Translations under genes and position numbers: made by a program
NCBI RefSeq assembly: GCF_009914555.1
Contig: NZ_WNDY01000014.1
Direction: 5' to 3' (one strand)
DNA length: 64,000 bases
Source: Xylophilus sp.
Lineage (GTDB): Bacteria; Pseudomonadota; Gammaproteobacteria; Burkholderiales; Burkholderiaceae_C
In this document: positions 28,640 through 37,599 of the stretch, in pieces
Layout: each line of letters starts with the position of its first letter
How positions within the stretch are numbered: the first letter of the stretch is position 1
Notes under the pieces: model-generated
What the model saw: the letters and a program-made list of their open reading frames with translations, nothing else
The model's database searches: none
Told to the model about the DNA's origin: nothing

Positions 28640-30718
28640 ATGGGTGACATCCACCAGGAAGGTTCGGGCGCGGACTTCGACCTCAGCCAGTTCTACCAGA
28701 TCTTCTTCGAGGAGGCCGGCGAGAACCTCGACCAGCTCGAACAGGCGCTGATCGACCTCGACCTCGGCAGTGCCAACGACGAGGAACTCAACAGCATCTT
28801 CCGCTGTGCCCACTCGGTCAAGGGCGGCGCGGCCACGTTCGGCTTTTCCGACGTGGCCGAGCTGACCCACCACATGGAGTCGCTGCTCGACCGCCTGCGC
28901 CGCCACGAGCTGCAGCCGATCCCGCAGATGGTCGATGTGCTGCTCGAATCGGCCGACGCCGGCCGCAGCCTGCTGGCCCGCCACCAGGCCGGCGGCGAAG
29001 GCGAAGCCGTGGTCACGACCGACCTGGTGCGCCGCATCGCCGAGCTGGCGGCCGGCCAGGTGCCGGCTGCCGCGCCGGTCGCGCCGCCTCCGCAGGCTCC
29101 CGCCCCTGCGCCCGCCGCTGCGGCACCGGCTGCCGCGCCCGGCGGCGCCCGCCAGCTGGAGATCCGCATCGGCCCGGTCGAGCAGTTGGAGCAGGCCGAC
29201 GCGCTCAAGGAACTGTTCCGCGACATCCCGGGCCTCGGCACCATCGAGGATCTGCCGTCGGACCGGCCGGACACCCGCGTGTTCGCCGTCGAGACCACCT
29301 CGACCGACGACGACCTGCTCGACCTGTTCGCCTTCCACGTGTCGAAGGAGCAGGTGGCGATCGCCCCGCGCGGCGCGGCCGCGGCGGCCGCCGCCGAAGC
29401 GGCGCCTGCCGCGGACGCGGGCTTCGGCTTCTTCGGCGACGCGCCCGGCGCGCCGGCCGCAGCCGCGCCCGCCCCGGCCGAGGCGACGCGCCCGGCGCCG
29501 GTCCGTGCGCCGGCCGAGCCCAAGCCCGGCGGCGGCAGCCAGGCGCACCTCGAAGCCACCACCATCCGCGTGGCCGTCAGCAAGGTCGACCAGCTCATCA
29601 ACCTCGTGGGCGAACTGGTCATCACCCAGGCCATGCTGGCGCAGACCAGCCAGGGTCTGGACGCCGCAGCCAACCAGCAGCTGCTGGCCGGCCTGGCCGA
29701 CCTCGACCGCAACACCCGCGACCTGCAGGAATCGGTCATGTCGATCCGCATGATCCCGATGTCGGTCGTGTTCAGCCGCTTTCCGCGCATGCTGCGCGAC
29801 CTGGCCGGCAAGCTCGGCAAGAAGGTCGAGCTCGTCACCCACGGCGAGGCGACCGAACTCGACAAGGGCCTGGTCGAGAAGATCACCGACCCGCTGACCC
29901 ACCTGGTGCGCAACAGCTGCGACCACGGCATCGAGCTGCCGGCCGACCGCCTCGCCGCGGGCAAGCCCGAGCACGGCACGATCACGCTGTCGGCCGCGCA
30001 CCAGGGCGGCTCCATCGTCATCGAGGTGCGCGACGACGGCCGCGGCATGTCGCGCGACAGGATCCTCGGCAAGGCGCGCGAGCGCGGCCTGGACGTGTCC
30101 GACCAGATGAGCGACGCCGACGTCTGGCAGCTCATCTTCGCGCCGGGCTTCTCCACCGCCGAGGTCGTGACCGACGTCTCCGGCCGCGGCGTCGGCATGG
30201 ACGTGGTCAAGAAGAACATCACCGCGCTCGGCGGCACGGTGGAGATCGACTCGTCCGAAGGCTACGGCATGAAGGTGTCGGTGCGCCTGCCGCTCACGCT
30301 CGCGATCATGGACGGCATGTCGGTCGGCGTGGCCGACGAGGTCTACATCCTGCCGCTGTCCTCGGTCGTCGAGTCGTTCCAGGTCGGCGGCAGCGCGGTC
30401 AGCACCGTGGCCCAGGGCTCGCAGCTCGTGAAGGTGCGCGACGAATACATGCCGGTCGTGGAGCTGGAGCGCGTGTTCCAGGTGCCGCGGCCCGACGCCG
30501 GCGAGTCGGCCAACAACATCATGGTCGTGGTCGAGTCCGACGGCAGCCGCGTGGCGCTGCTGGTCGACGAACTGCTCGGCCAGCAGCAGGTCGTGGTGAA
30601 GAACCTCGAATCGAACTACAAGAAGGTGTCCAACGTCTCGGGCGCCACCATCCTCGGCGACGGCCGGGTGGCGCTGATCCTCGATACCAGCGCATTGGTC
30701 CGCCGCTCGCGGCATTGA
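28640..30718 (+). CDS. cheA: Chemotaxis histidine kinase CheA
   Basis: 692 aa with an Hpt domain ([16 protein letters not shown]), a linker, dimerisation and HATPase domains ([12 protein letters not shown]...DDGRGM...[13 protein letters not shown]) and a C-terminal CheW-like domain. Confidence 0.95.
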   Translation: MGDIHQEGSGADFDLSQFYQIFFEEAGENLDQLEQALIDLDLGSANDEELNSIFRCAHSVKGGAATFGFSDVAELTHHMESLLDRLRRHELQPIPQMVDVLLESADAGRSLLARHQAGGEGEAVVTTDLVRRIAELAAGQVPAAAPVAPPPQAPAPAPAAAAPAAAPGGARQLEIRIGPVEQLEQADALKELFRDIPGLGTIEDLPSDRPDTRVFAVETTSTDDDLLDLFAFHVSKEQVAIAPRGAAAAAAAEAAPAADAGFGFFGDAPGAPAAAAPAPAEATRPAPVRAPAEPKPGGGSQAHLEATTIRVAVSKVDQLINLVGELVITQAMLAQTSQGLDAAANQQLLAGLADLDRNTRDLQESVMSIRMIPMSVVFSRFPRMLRDLAGKLGKKVELVTHGEATELDKGLVEKITDPLTHLVRNSCDHGIELPADRLAAGKPEHGTITLSAAHQGGSIVIEVRDDGRGMSRDRILGKARERGLDVSDQMSDADVWQLIFAPGFSTAEVVTDVSGRGVGMDVVKKNITALGGTVEIDSSEGYGMKVSVRLPLTLAIMDGMSVGVADEVYILPLSSVVESFQVGGSAVSTVAQGSQLVKVRDEYMPVVELERVFQVPRPDAGESANNIMVVVESDGSRVALLVDELLGQQQVVVKNLESNYKKVSNVSGATILGDGRVALILDTSALVRRSRH

Positions 30719-30750
30719 ACGAACGACACAAGAAATCCAGGAGTGCCGAC

Positions 30751-31239
30751 ATGGCCGTGCTCGAAAAAACCGCCGATGCCTCGACCGAGGCCGCGACCGC
30801 CGCGGCGCGCGAATACCTGACCTTCCGCCTCGACCAGGAGGAGTACGGCATCGACATCCTCAAGGTGCAGGAGATCCGCGGCTACGAGCCGCCCACGCGC
30901 ATCGCCAACGCGCCGCCGTTCATCAAGGGCGTGGTCAACCTGCGCGGCACCATCGTGCCGATCGTGGACATGCGGCTGAAGTTCAACTGCGCGCAGGCCG
31001 AGTACAACAGCTTCACCGTCGTCATCATCCTCAACCTGCGCAACCGCGTGGTCGGCATCGTGGTGGATTCGGTCAGCGACGTGATGGAACTCGCGGCCGA
31101 CCAGATCAAGGCCGCGCCCGAGGTCGAGAGCGTGATCGACAACGGCAGCATCGTCGGCCTGGGCACCATCGGCGAGCGCATGCTGATCCTGCTGGACATC
31201 GAGGCGCTGATGTCCGGCGTGGACATGGGGCTGGTCTGA
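30751..31239 (+). CDS. cheW: Chemotaxis coupling protein CheW
   Basis: 162 aa from the ATG preceded by AGGAG. Contains [55 protein letters not shown]. Confidence 0.9.
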   Translation: MAVLEKTADASTEAATAAAREYLTFRLDQEEYGIDILKVQEIRGYEPPTRIANAPPFIKGVVNLRGTIVPIVDMRLKFNCAQAEYNSFTVVIILNLRNRVVGIVVDSVSDVMELAADQIKAAPEVESVIDNGSIVGLGTIGERMLILLDIEALMSGVDMGLV

Positions 31240-31253
31240 CCCGTCCCGGGGCC

Positions 31254-31463
31254 ATGACGACGGTCGCCACCAGCCGGAGCGCGGCAGCCCTGCCTGCGGC
31301 CGGCCCCGCCGAGCCCGCTGGGGCGCGCGAGTTCGCCTGGACCCCGGCCGACTTCACCCGCGTGCAGGGCCTGATCTACCGGCGCGCCGGCATCCACCTG
31401 CACGACGGCAAGCATGCGATGGTCTACAGCCGGCTCTCGCGCCGCCTGCGCGAGACCGGCCAT
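31254..31463 (+). pseudogene. cheR: cheR 5' remnant (first ~70 codons of the chemotaxis methyltransferase)
   Basis: ...EFAWTPADFTRVQGLIYRRAGIHLHDGKHAMVYSRLSRRLRETGH matches the CheR N-terminal helical domain (E. coli ...FRRICQLIYQRAGIVLADHKRDMVYNRLVRRLRALG). After this the frame becomes Arg/Ala-rich nonsense that runs on as a 1306-aa artefact ORF. No SAM-methyltransferase domain is present anywhere before cheB. Confidence 0.7.
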
Positions 31464-31791
31464 GCTGCAGAAGCAGGGCGCGCGGCGCGAGAGCCTGCAG
31501 GCCAAGATCTTCGGCGGCGGGCAGGTCATGCACAACTTCACGACGATGAACGTCGGCGAGCGCAACACCCGCTTCGTGCGCGACTACCTGCGCACCGAGC
31601 ACATCCCGATCGTCTCGGAGGACGTGCTCGACATCTATCCGCGCAAGGTCTGCTACTTTCCCGCGAGCGGCAAGGCCATGGTCAAGCGCCTGGCCCACAC
31701 CCATCCCGAAGCCCTGGTCGCGCAGGAGGTGCGCGGCAACGCGGCCGCCGTGGCGCAGAGCACGGCCGGCGGCTCGGTGGATTTGTTCTAG
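31462..31791 (+). pseudogene. cheD: cheD 3' remnant (C-terminal ~109 codons of the chemoreceptor glutamine deamidase)
   Basis: MLQKQGARRESLQAKIFGGGQVM...NVGERNTRFVRDYLRTEHIPIVSEDVLDIYPRKVCYFPASGKAMVKRL matches the C-terminal half of CheD. The N-terminal about 90 aa, which carries the catalytic Cys/His region, is absent. The frame is +1 relative to the cheR remnant. Confidence 0.7.
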
Positions 31792-32886
31792 ATGAAGAAG
31801 ATTCGTGTCATCGTCGTCGACGATTCGGCGCTCGTGCGCAGCCTGCTGGCCGAGATCATCAACCGCCAGCGCGACATGGAATGCATCGGCACGGCCAACG
31901 ACCCGCTCGTGGCCCGCGAGATGATCCGCGAGAAGAACCCCGACGTGATCACGCTCGACGTCGAGATGCCGCGCATGGACGGGCTCGACTTCCTCGGCCG
32001 GCTCATGCGGCTGCGGCCGATGCCGGTCGTCATGGTCTCCACGCTGACCGAGCGCGGCGCCGAGGTCACGCTGCGCGCGCTCGAACTGGGGGCCGTCGAT
32101 TTCGTCGCCAAGCCGCGCGTCGGCGTGGCCAGCGGCCTGGCCGAGCTCGGCGGCGAGATCGTCGACAAGATCTGCGTCGCCGCGCAGGCGCACGTGAGCC
32201 GACACTCCTCCCAGTTACCACCTGCATCGGGTGCAGTACGCGGGCCAGCAGCCCATACTCCTGTAGCTCTCGGCCGTGTCTCGACCGAGAAGCTGATCGC
32301 CGTCGGCGCCTCCACCGGCGGCACCGAAGCCATCCGGGAGATCCTGGTGCAGCTGCCGGCCGACGCGCCGGGCGTGGTCATCACCCAGCACATGCCGCCG
32401 GGCTTCACCACGAGCTTTGCCGCGCGGCTCGACGGCCTGTGCCGCATCACCGTCAAGGAGGCGGTGCACGGCGAGCGCATCCTGCCGGGCCATGCCTACA
32501 TCGCGCCGGGCGGGCGGCAGTTCCGCATCGACCGCAGCGGCGCCAACTACGTCGCCGTGGTGGAGGACACCGAGCCGGTCAACCGTCACAAGCCGTCGGT
32601 CGAGGTGCTGTTCCGCTCGATCGCCGCCGTCGTCGGCCGCAACGCCTACGGCGTGATGCTCACCGGCATGGGCGCCGACGGCGCGCGCGCGATGCGCGAG
32701 ATGAAGGATGCCGGCAGCTACAACTACGTGCAGGACGAGGCCAGCTGCGTCGTCTTCGGCATGCCGCGCGAGGCGATCGCGCAGGGCGCGGCCGACGAGG
32801 TGCGGCCGCTCATTCAGATCGCGCCGGCGCTGCTCGCGCGGCTGCACGGCGGCGGCAGCGCGGACCGCGTGCACCACCGCATCTGA
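31792..32886 (+). CDS. cheB: Chemotaxis methylesterase/deamidase CheB
   Basis: 364 aa with REC ([14 protein letters not shown]...[13 protein letters not shown]) plus a CheB methylesterase domain ([12 protein letters not shown]...[10 protein letters not shown]...MLTGMGADG). Confidence 0.95.
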   Translation: MKKIRVIVVDDSALVRSLLAEIINRQRDMECIGTANDPLVAREMIREKNPDVITLDVEMPRMDGLDFLGRLMRLRPMPVVMVSTLTERGAEVTLRALELGAVDFVAKPRVGVASGLAELGGEIVDKICVAAQAHVSRHSSQLPPASGAVRGPAAHTPVALGRVSTEKLIAVGASTGGTEAIREILVQLPADAPGVVITQHMPPGFTTSFAARLDGLCRITVKEAVHGERILPGHAYIAPGGRQFRIDRSGANYVAVVEDTEPVNRHKPSVEVLFRSIAAVVGRNAYGVMLTGMGADGARAMREMKDAGSYNYVQDEASCVVFGMPREAIAQGAADEVRPLIQIAPALLARLHGGGSADRVHHRI

Positions 32887-32891
32887 CGGGT

Positions 32892-35060
32892 TCACAGCCG
32901 CACGCTGACCTCCACCGGCGGCCCGTCGTCCTCGGGCTGGCGGCAGCCGACGACGACCTGCCGTCCCACGCGCCGGAACTGCAGCCCGATGCGCCGCGCG
33001 CCGACCTGCAGGCCCTCCACGTCGAGCCGGTCGATGCCCTGCGGCAGCGCGGGCCGCACGATGTGCACCGTGCCGCGCACGCCGTCCACCCGCAGGCCCA
33101 GGCAGGACTGCAGCAGCATGAACGGCGCGCCCGCGGCCCAGGCCTGCGGCAGGCAGGCCACCGGGTAGGCGATCGGCGGCTCGCCGGGCTGGCGCGTGAA
33201 GCCGCAGAACAGCTCGGGCAGCCGCATGCCGAAGTGCACCGCGGCCTCGAACAGGTGGCCCAGCAGCTGCACCACGCCGTCGCGCTCGCCGTAGCGCGCC
33301 AGGCCCGCGCCGCAGAGCGCCACGTCGTGCGGCCAGACCGATCCGTTGTGGTAGCTCATCGGGTTGAAGCGCGCGGCCTCCGACGGCAGCGTGCGGATGC
33401 CCCAGCCCGACTGGAACGCGCGCCCGGCCAGCTGCCGCGCCACCGCGCGGGCGCGCTCGGGCGCGGGCAGGCCGCTGTAGAGCAGGTGGCCGGCGTTGGA
33501 CGCGCGCACGCGGCAGGGCTGGCCCGCGCCATCGACTGCGAGCGCGTAGAACTGCAGCGCGTCGAGCCAGAACAGCCGCTCCACCGCCGTGCGCAGCCGC
33601 TCGGCGGCGGCGCCCCACACGGCCGCGGCGTCGGCCTCGCCGCGCCAGCGGGCGAGATCGGCCATCGCGCGCAGCGCGCGCCAGGCGTAGCCCTGCACCT
33701 CCACCAGCGCGATCGGCCCCTCGGGCGTGCGGCCGTCGGCATGGAAGATGGCATCGTGGCTGTCCTTCCAGCCCTGGTTGGCCAGGCCGCTGGCCTCGCC
33801 GCGCTGGTAGGCCAGCAGGCCCGCCGGGTGGCGCTCCATGCTGCGCACCAGCCAGGACGCGGCCGCTTCCAGCGCGGGCCAGAGCGCGTCGACCGTGGCG
33901 CGGTCGCCGGTGCGCCGCGCATAGGCGCCGGCCAGCAGCACGAACAGCGGCGTCGTGTCCACGCCGCCGTAGTACTGGCCGAACGGCAGCTCGTCCACGG
34001 CGGCCATCTCGCCCTTGCGCGTCTCGTGCATGATCTTGCCGGGCTCGGCGTCGCGGAAGCTCGACGTCTCCTGCGCCTGCCGCGCCGCGAGGAACGACAG
34101 CACGCCGCGCGCGAGGCCCGGGTCGAGCCAGAGCACCTGCAGCGCCGTCACGATCGCGTCGCGGCCGAACGGCGTGGAGAACCACGGGATGCCGGCATAT
34201 GGGTACGGCCCGGTCGGCAGGTCGGTGGTCAGCAGCGCGAGATCGGCGCGCGAGCGGTCGAGCCAGCCCTGGAACAGCCGGCCCGAGGCCGCGAGCCGCG
34301 CCCCGCGCCGGCGCTTGGCGCGCATGCCGCGCCGCGCCCGCGCGGCGGCGGCGCGGAAGCGTTCGGCGCCCATGGCGGCGGCTCCGGCCGCGTCGGGGCC
34401 GACTTCCACGTAGAGCAGCCAGTGGCCGCGCGCCGGCAGCTCCACCTCGAACCGGGCCTCGTGCGCATCGAGCCGCTGCGGCGCCTGCGACAGCGCGATG
34501 CAGCTGCGGCGCTCCACGCCGTCGAGGCCGCGGTAGGCCAGCTCCACGGTGCGTTCGTGCACGCGCGGCGCGGCGGCGGTGCCGCGGCGGCTGCGCCGCT
34601 GGCCGCGCACCTCGAACATGTCGCGGAAGTCGGCATCGAAGCGCAGCGCCAGCGGCACGCGCGCCGGCCGGTCGCCGTAGTTGGCGAGCCGGATGCGCTC
34701 GAACAGCCGCGCCTCCCAGAGGAAGCGCTTGCGCTCGATGTGGATCACGCCGTGCGGCGTCGCATCGCTGCCGAGCACCGGCAGCGGCTGGTTCGTGAGG
34801 TCGGCGGTGAAGACCACGTTGTCGTGGCTCACCGCGCTCGACAGCAGCGACGGCCGCGCGCCGTCCACGCGCAGGCCGAAGGCGCTGAGCACGCGCGTGT
34901 CCTCGCGGAACAGGCCGTCGGCCGCGCCGGTCACGTCGCCGTGCGCGTCCATCACGAGGTAGGTGTCGCCGTCCTTGAGCACGAAGCTGCTCTGCACCGC
35001 GCGCTCGGGCGCGGCGCCGGCCGGCAGCTCGGGCGGGGTCGTTGCGTCGGTCGTCGCCAT
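32892..35060 (-). CDS. Amylo-alpha-1,6-glucosidase / glycogen-debranching-enzyme-like protein (GDE_C family)
   Basis: 722 aa with a bacterial GDE N-domain (SFVLKDGDTYLVMDAHGDV...GLFREDTRVLS) and a C-terminal (alpha/alpha)6 domain (YAGIPWFSTPFGRDAIVTALQ...GKIMHETRKGEMA...GYAWRAL...NPMSYHNGSVWPHD). Confidence 0.85.
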   Translation of the reverse strand: MATTDATTPPELPAGAAPERAVQSSFVLKDGDTYLVMDAHGDVTGAADGLFREDTRVLSAFGLRVDGARPSLLSSAVSHDNVVFTADLTNQPLPVLGSDATPHGVIHIERKRFLWEARLFERIRLANYGDRPARVPLALRFDADFRDMFEVRGQRRSRRGTAAAPRVHERTVELAYRGLDGVERRSCIALSQAPQRLDAHEARFEVELPARGHWLLYVEVGPDAAGAAAMGAERFRAAAARARRGMRAKRRRGARLAASGRLFQGWLDRSRADLALLTTDLPTGPYPYAGIPWFSTPFGRDAIVTALQVLWLDPGLARGVLSFLAARQAQETSSFRDAEPGKIMHETRKGEMAAVDELPFGQYYGGVDTTPLFVLLAGAYARRTGDRATVDALWPALEAAASWLVRSMERHPAGLLAYQRGEASGLANQGWKDSHDAIFHADGRTPEGPIALVEVQGYAWRALRAMADLARWRGEADAAAVWGAAAERLRTAVERLFWLDALQFYALAVDGAGQPCRVRASNAGHLLYSGLPAPERARAVARQLAGRAFQSGWGIRTLPSEAARFNPMSYHNGSVWPHDVALCGAGLARYGERDGVVQLLGHLFEAAVHFGMRLPELFCGFTRQPGEPPIAYPVACLPQAWAAGAPFMLLQSCLGLRVDGVRGTVHIVRPALPQGIDRLDVEGLQVGARRIGLQFRRVGRQVVVGCRQPEDDGPPVEVSVRL

Positions 35061-35073
35061 GGCGCTGCCGGGC

Positions 35074-36165
35074 TCAGGCGGCGCGGCGCGCCGTGTGCGT
35101 GCGGCCGTCGCCGTCCTGCCCGATCAGCCGGCGGTACTGCGCCACGTAGGCCGAGGCCATGGCCTGCGCGCTGAAGCGGCGGTCGAACGCCGCGCGCACC
35201 GCGCGCCGGTCGAGCCGCGCCACGGCATGGACGGCCGCGGCCGCCTCGTCCTCGCTTTCGACGATGAGGCCGCTCACGCCGTGCTCGATGACCTCGGGCA
35301 CCGAGCCGCAGCGCCAGCCGATGACCGGCGTGCCGCAGGCCATGGCTTCGATCATCACGAGGCCGAACGGCTCGGGCCAGTCGATCGGGAACAGCAGCGC
35401 CCGCGCCTGCCCGAGGAAGGCGGCCTTGTCGGCGTCGCCGATCTCGCCGACGAACTCCACGAGCGGATCGGCCAGCAGCGGGCGGATGGTGCGCTCGAAG
35501 TAGTCGGCGTCGGCCGCATCGACCTTGGCCGCGATGCGCAGCGGCAGGCCGGCGCGCCGGGCGATGGCGATCGCGCGGTCGGGCCGCTTCTCGGGCGAGA
35601 TGCGGCCGAGGAAGGCGAGGTAGCCGCCCGACGGGTTCGGCTCGAAGCGGTAGGGCGCGTCGTCGAGCCCGTGCGGCACGGTGGCCTGCCAGTTGGCAAA
35701 AGGCAGTGGCGCGCGCTGGCTCTGCGAGATCGACACCAGCGGGAAGCGGTGCCAGCGCCGGTAGGCCAGCGGCAGGTCGGCGAGGTCGAGGCGGCCGTGC
35801 AGGGTGGTCAGCGTGCGCTGGGCGATGTCCTCGAAGAACGGGAAGTGCAGCAGGTCGGTGTGGAAGTGCAGCACGTCGAATTCGCCGGCGCGCTCGCGCA
35901 CCGCGTCGAGCAGCGCGAGGTGGGCGGCGAGGTCGGACTTCAGCGGCGCCGGGTCGAGCCGCAGCGCCTGCGCGCGCACCGGCACGAGCGCGGCGCGCGT
36001 GTCGGCGTCGGCTGAGGCGAACAGCGTGACCGCGTGGCCCTGGTCCACGAGGGCGTTCGTGAGGTGGGCGACCACGCGCTCGGTGCCGCCGTAGAGCCGC
36101 GGCGGCACGGCTTCGTAGAGCGGCGCGATCTGGGCGATCTTCAAAGGGGCGATATTGGTGACCAA
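35074..36165 (-). CDS. GT4-family glycosyltransferase
   Basis: 363 aa from a TTG start 5 nt after GGAGGAA. Contains KIAQIAPLYEAVPPRLYGGTERVVAHL and the C-terminal EX7E region FPIDWPEPFGLVMIEAMACGTPVI. Confidence 0.85.
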   Translation of the reverse strand: MVTNIAPLKIAQIAPLYEAVPPRLYGGTERVVAHLTNALVDQGHAVTLFASADADTRAALVPVRAQALRLDPAPLKSDLAAHLALLDAVRERAGEFDVLHFHTDLLHFPFFEDIAQRTLTTLHGRLDLADLPLAYRRWHRFPLVSISQSQRAPLPFANWQATVPHGLDDAPYRFEPNPSGGYLAFLGRISPEKRPDRAIAIARRAGLPLRIAAKVDAADADYFERTIRPLLADPLVEFVGEIGDADKAAFLGQARALLFPIDWPEPFGLVMIEAMACGTPVIGWRCGSVPEVIEHGVSGLIVESEDEAAAAVHAVARLDRRAVRAAFDRRFSAQAMASAYVAQYRRLIGQDGDGRTHTARRAA

Positions 36166-36209
36166 GGGTTCCTCCGCAGGAGCGGAAACAAGGACGGGTA
36201 GGGTATAGG

Positions 36210-36240
36210 CCTGTAGCGCACTATTTCAGTGCGCTACAGG
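36210..36240 (-). terminator. Perfect 13-bp stem-loop between hsp20 and the GT4 gene (attenuator or mRNA-stabilising hairpin; no U-tract)
   Basis: CCTGTAGCGCACT-gaaat-AGTGCGCTACAGG, about 27 nt after the hsp20 stop. It is followed by CCTATACC, so it is not a canonical intrinsic terminator. Confidence 0.4.
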
Positions 36241-36266
36241 CGTCTGCCAGGGGGTGTATCCGAGCG

Positions 36267-36692
36267 TCAGCCGGCCTGCACCCCGATGCGCCGCGGCTGG
36301 GCATGCGCGGCCTTCGGGATGTGCAGCTTCAGCACGCCCTGCGACAGCTCGGCCGTGACCTTCTCGGTGTCGAGTTCCTTGCTCAGCGTGAACACGCGGC
36401 GGAAGCGCGCGAGGCCGACCTCGGCATGGTGCGAGCTGAGCCCGGCCGGCACCTCCAGGCCGGATTCGGCCTCGATCGTCAGCGTGTCGGACTTGACCTG
36501 GAGGTCGAGCTTGTCGCGGCTCACGCCCGGCAGGTCGGCATAGAGCGTGATGCCGCCTGCATCCTCGATCACGTCGACCGGCGGCGTGAGCGCGGCGTCG
36601 TCATAGCGCGCGGCGCGCGGGGAATCGGTGGCGGTGGCGGCTCCTTCGCCCCGCGCAGTGGCGGGCACGGAAGCCTGGACGTCTTGGGCCAT
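36267..36692 (-). CDS. Small heat-shock protein (Hsp20/alpha-crystallin family), copy A
   Basis: 141 aa with an alpha-crystallin domain, PPVDVIEDAGGITLYADLPGVSRDKLDLQVKSDTLTIEA...ARFRRVFTLSKELDTEKVTAELSQGVLKLHIPK. RBS AAGGAGA lies upstream. Confidence 0.9.
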   Translation of the reverse strand: MAQDVQASVPATARGEGAATATDSPRAARYDDAALTPPVDVIEDAGGITLYADLPGVSRDKLDLQVKSDTLTIEAESGLEVPAGLSSHHAEVGLARFRRVFTLSKELDTEKVTAELSQGVLKLHIPKAAHAQPRRIGVQAG

Positions 36693-36739
36693 GGCAGGTC
36701 TCCTTGTGCGAAAACGGTGAAGGGGAAAAAAGTGGCGGT

Positions 36740-37180
36740 TCACTGGACGCTGATGCGGCGCGGCTTGGCCGACGCCCGGCGGCCGACGGTGATGCGCAGG
36801 ATGCCGTCGCGCAGCTTCGCGTCGACGGCCTGCGGGTCGGCATCCTCGGGCAGCGAGACGGCGCGGCGGAACTTGCCTTCGAAGCGCTCGTGGATGTGGA
36901 CCGCGGCGTCGGCCGAGGCACCCTCGGGCAGCGCGCTCCTGCGCTCGCCTGCGATGGTCAGCAGGCCGCGCTCCAGGTTCACCTCGATCGACTCGGGCGC
37001 CACGCCGGGCGCGAAGGCGAAGATCTCGATGGCGTCGGGCGTGCGGCCCACGTTGAGCGCCGGAAAGCCGGCGCGGGCGAGGCCGCGGATGGTGGGCGAC
37101 AGTTCGAAGGCCTGCTGCATCTCGCGCTGCAGGCGATCCACCTCGGCGAACACGTCGTGCGGGAAGAAAGATCGGTACAT
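36740..37180 (-). CDS. Small heat-shock protein (Hsp20/alpha-crystallin family), copy B
   Basis: 146 aa, FPALNVGRTPDAIEIFAFAPGVAPESIEVNLERGLLTIAGER...ERFEGKFRRAVSLPEDADPQAVDAKLRDGILRITV. RBS GGAGG lies 8 nt upstream. Confidence 0.9.
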   Translation of the reverse strand: MYRSFFPHDVFAEVDRLQREMQQAFELSPTIRGLARAGFPALNVGRTPDAIEIFAFAPGVAPESIEVNLERGLLTIAGERRSALPEGASADAAVHIHERFEGKFRRAVSLPEDADPQAVDAKLRDGILRITVGRRASAKPRRISVQ

Positions 37181-37254
37181 GGCGAAAACCTCCATTCGGT
37201 TGAACGGAGCGCCGGAGGCGTCTTCGTGGCTGTCCCCAGCGCATCCGGAAAGCG

Positions 37255-37282
37255 AAATAGGGAGGCTCTGCACGATTTCAAG
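37255..37282 (-). promoter_or_regulatory. Sigma-32 (RpoH)-type heat-shock promoter
   Basis: Minus strand reads CCCTTGAA-N14-CCCTATTT, against the consensus CCCTTGAA-N13-17-CCCCATNT. About 75 nt upstream of hsp20 copy B. Confidence 0.6.
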
Positions 37283-37599
37283 GGCCCCCGCGAAGTGACC
37301 ACCAGCGGCCGTGGGGCATTCGTTCCCGCGGGCGCCGCGCCCCGCTACCATGGGCCGATGCAGCACCGATGCCTGGCCGCCCCTGCGACGACGGCGCCGT
37401 CCCCCCGGACGGCGCGGGCGGCGGCCGCGCACGCCCGCCGGGCGGCCCTTGCGGCCGCACCTGTTCCGGCCCGGCGATCCTCCCCTGCCTCCACGCACTG
37501 AACTGCGCCTCCCGATCCGCCGGGCCCCTTCCGCCCCCGGGGCGCGCCGGCCGGCCGGGCGCCGTCCGCCTTTTTCTTGCTTTTTCAGGAGATCACGCC

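Noticed and set aside
31254-35174. 1306-aa ORF on the plus strand, the longest in the track
   Set aside because: Only the first ~70 codons look like a real protein (CheR N-domain). The rest is Arg/Ala/Gly/His-rich low-complexity sequence. It runs in an alternative frame across cheD' and cheB, and antisense to the GDE-like gene. This is a stop-codon-poor read-through artefact of about 70% GC DNA.
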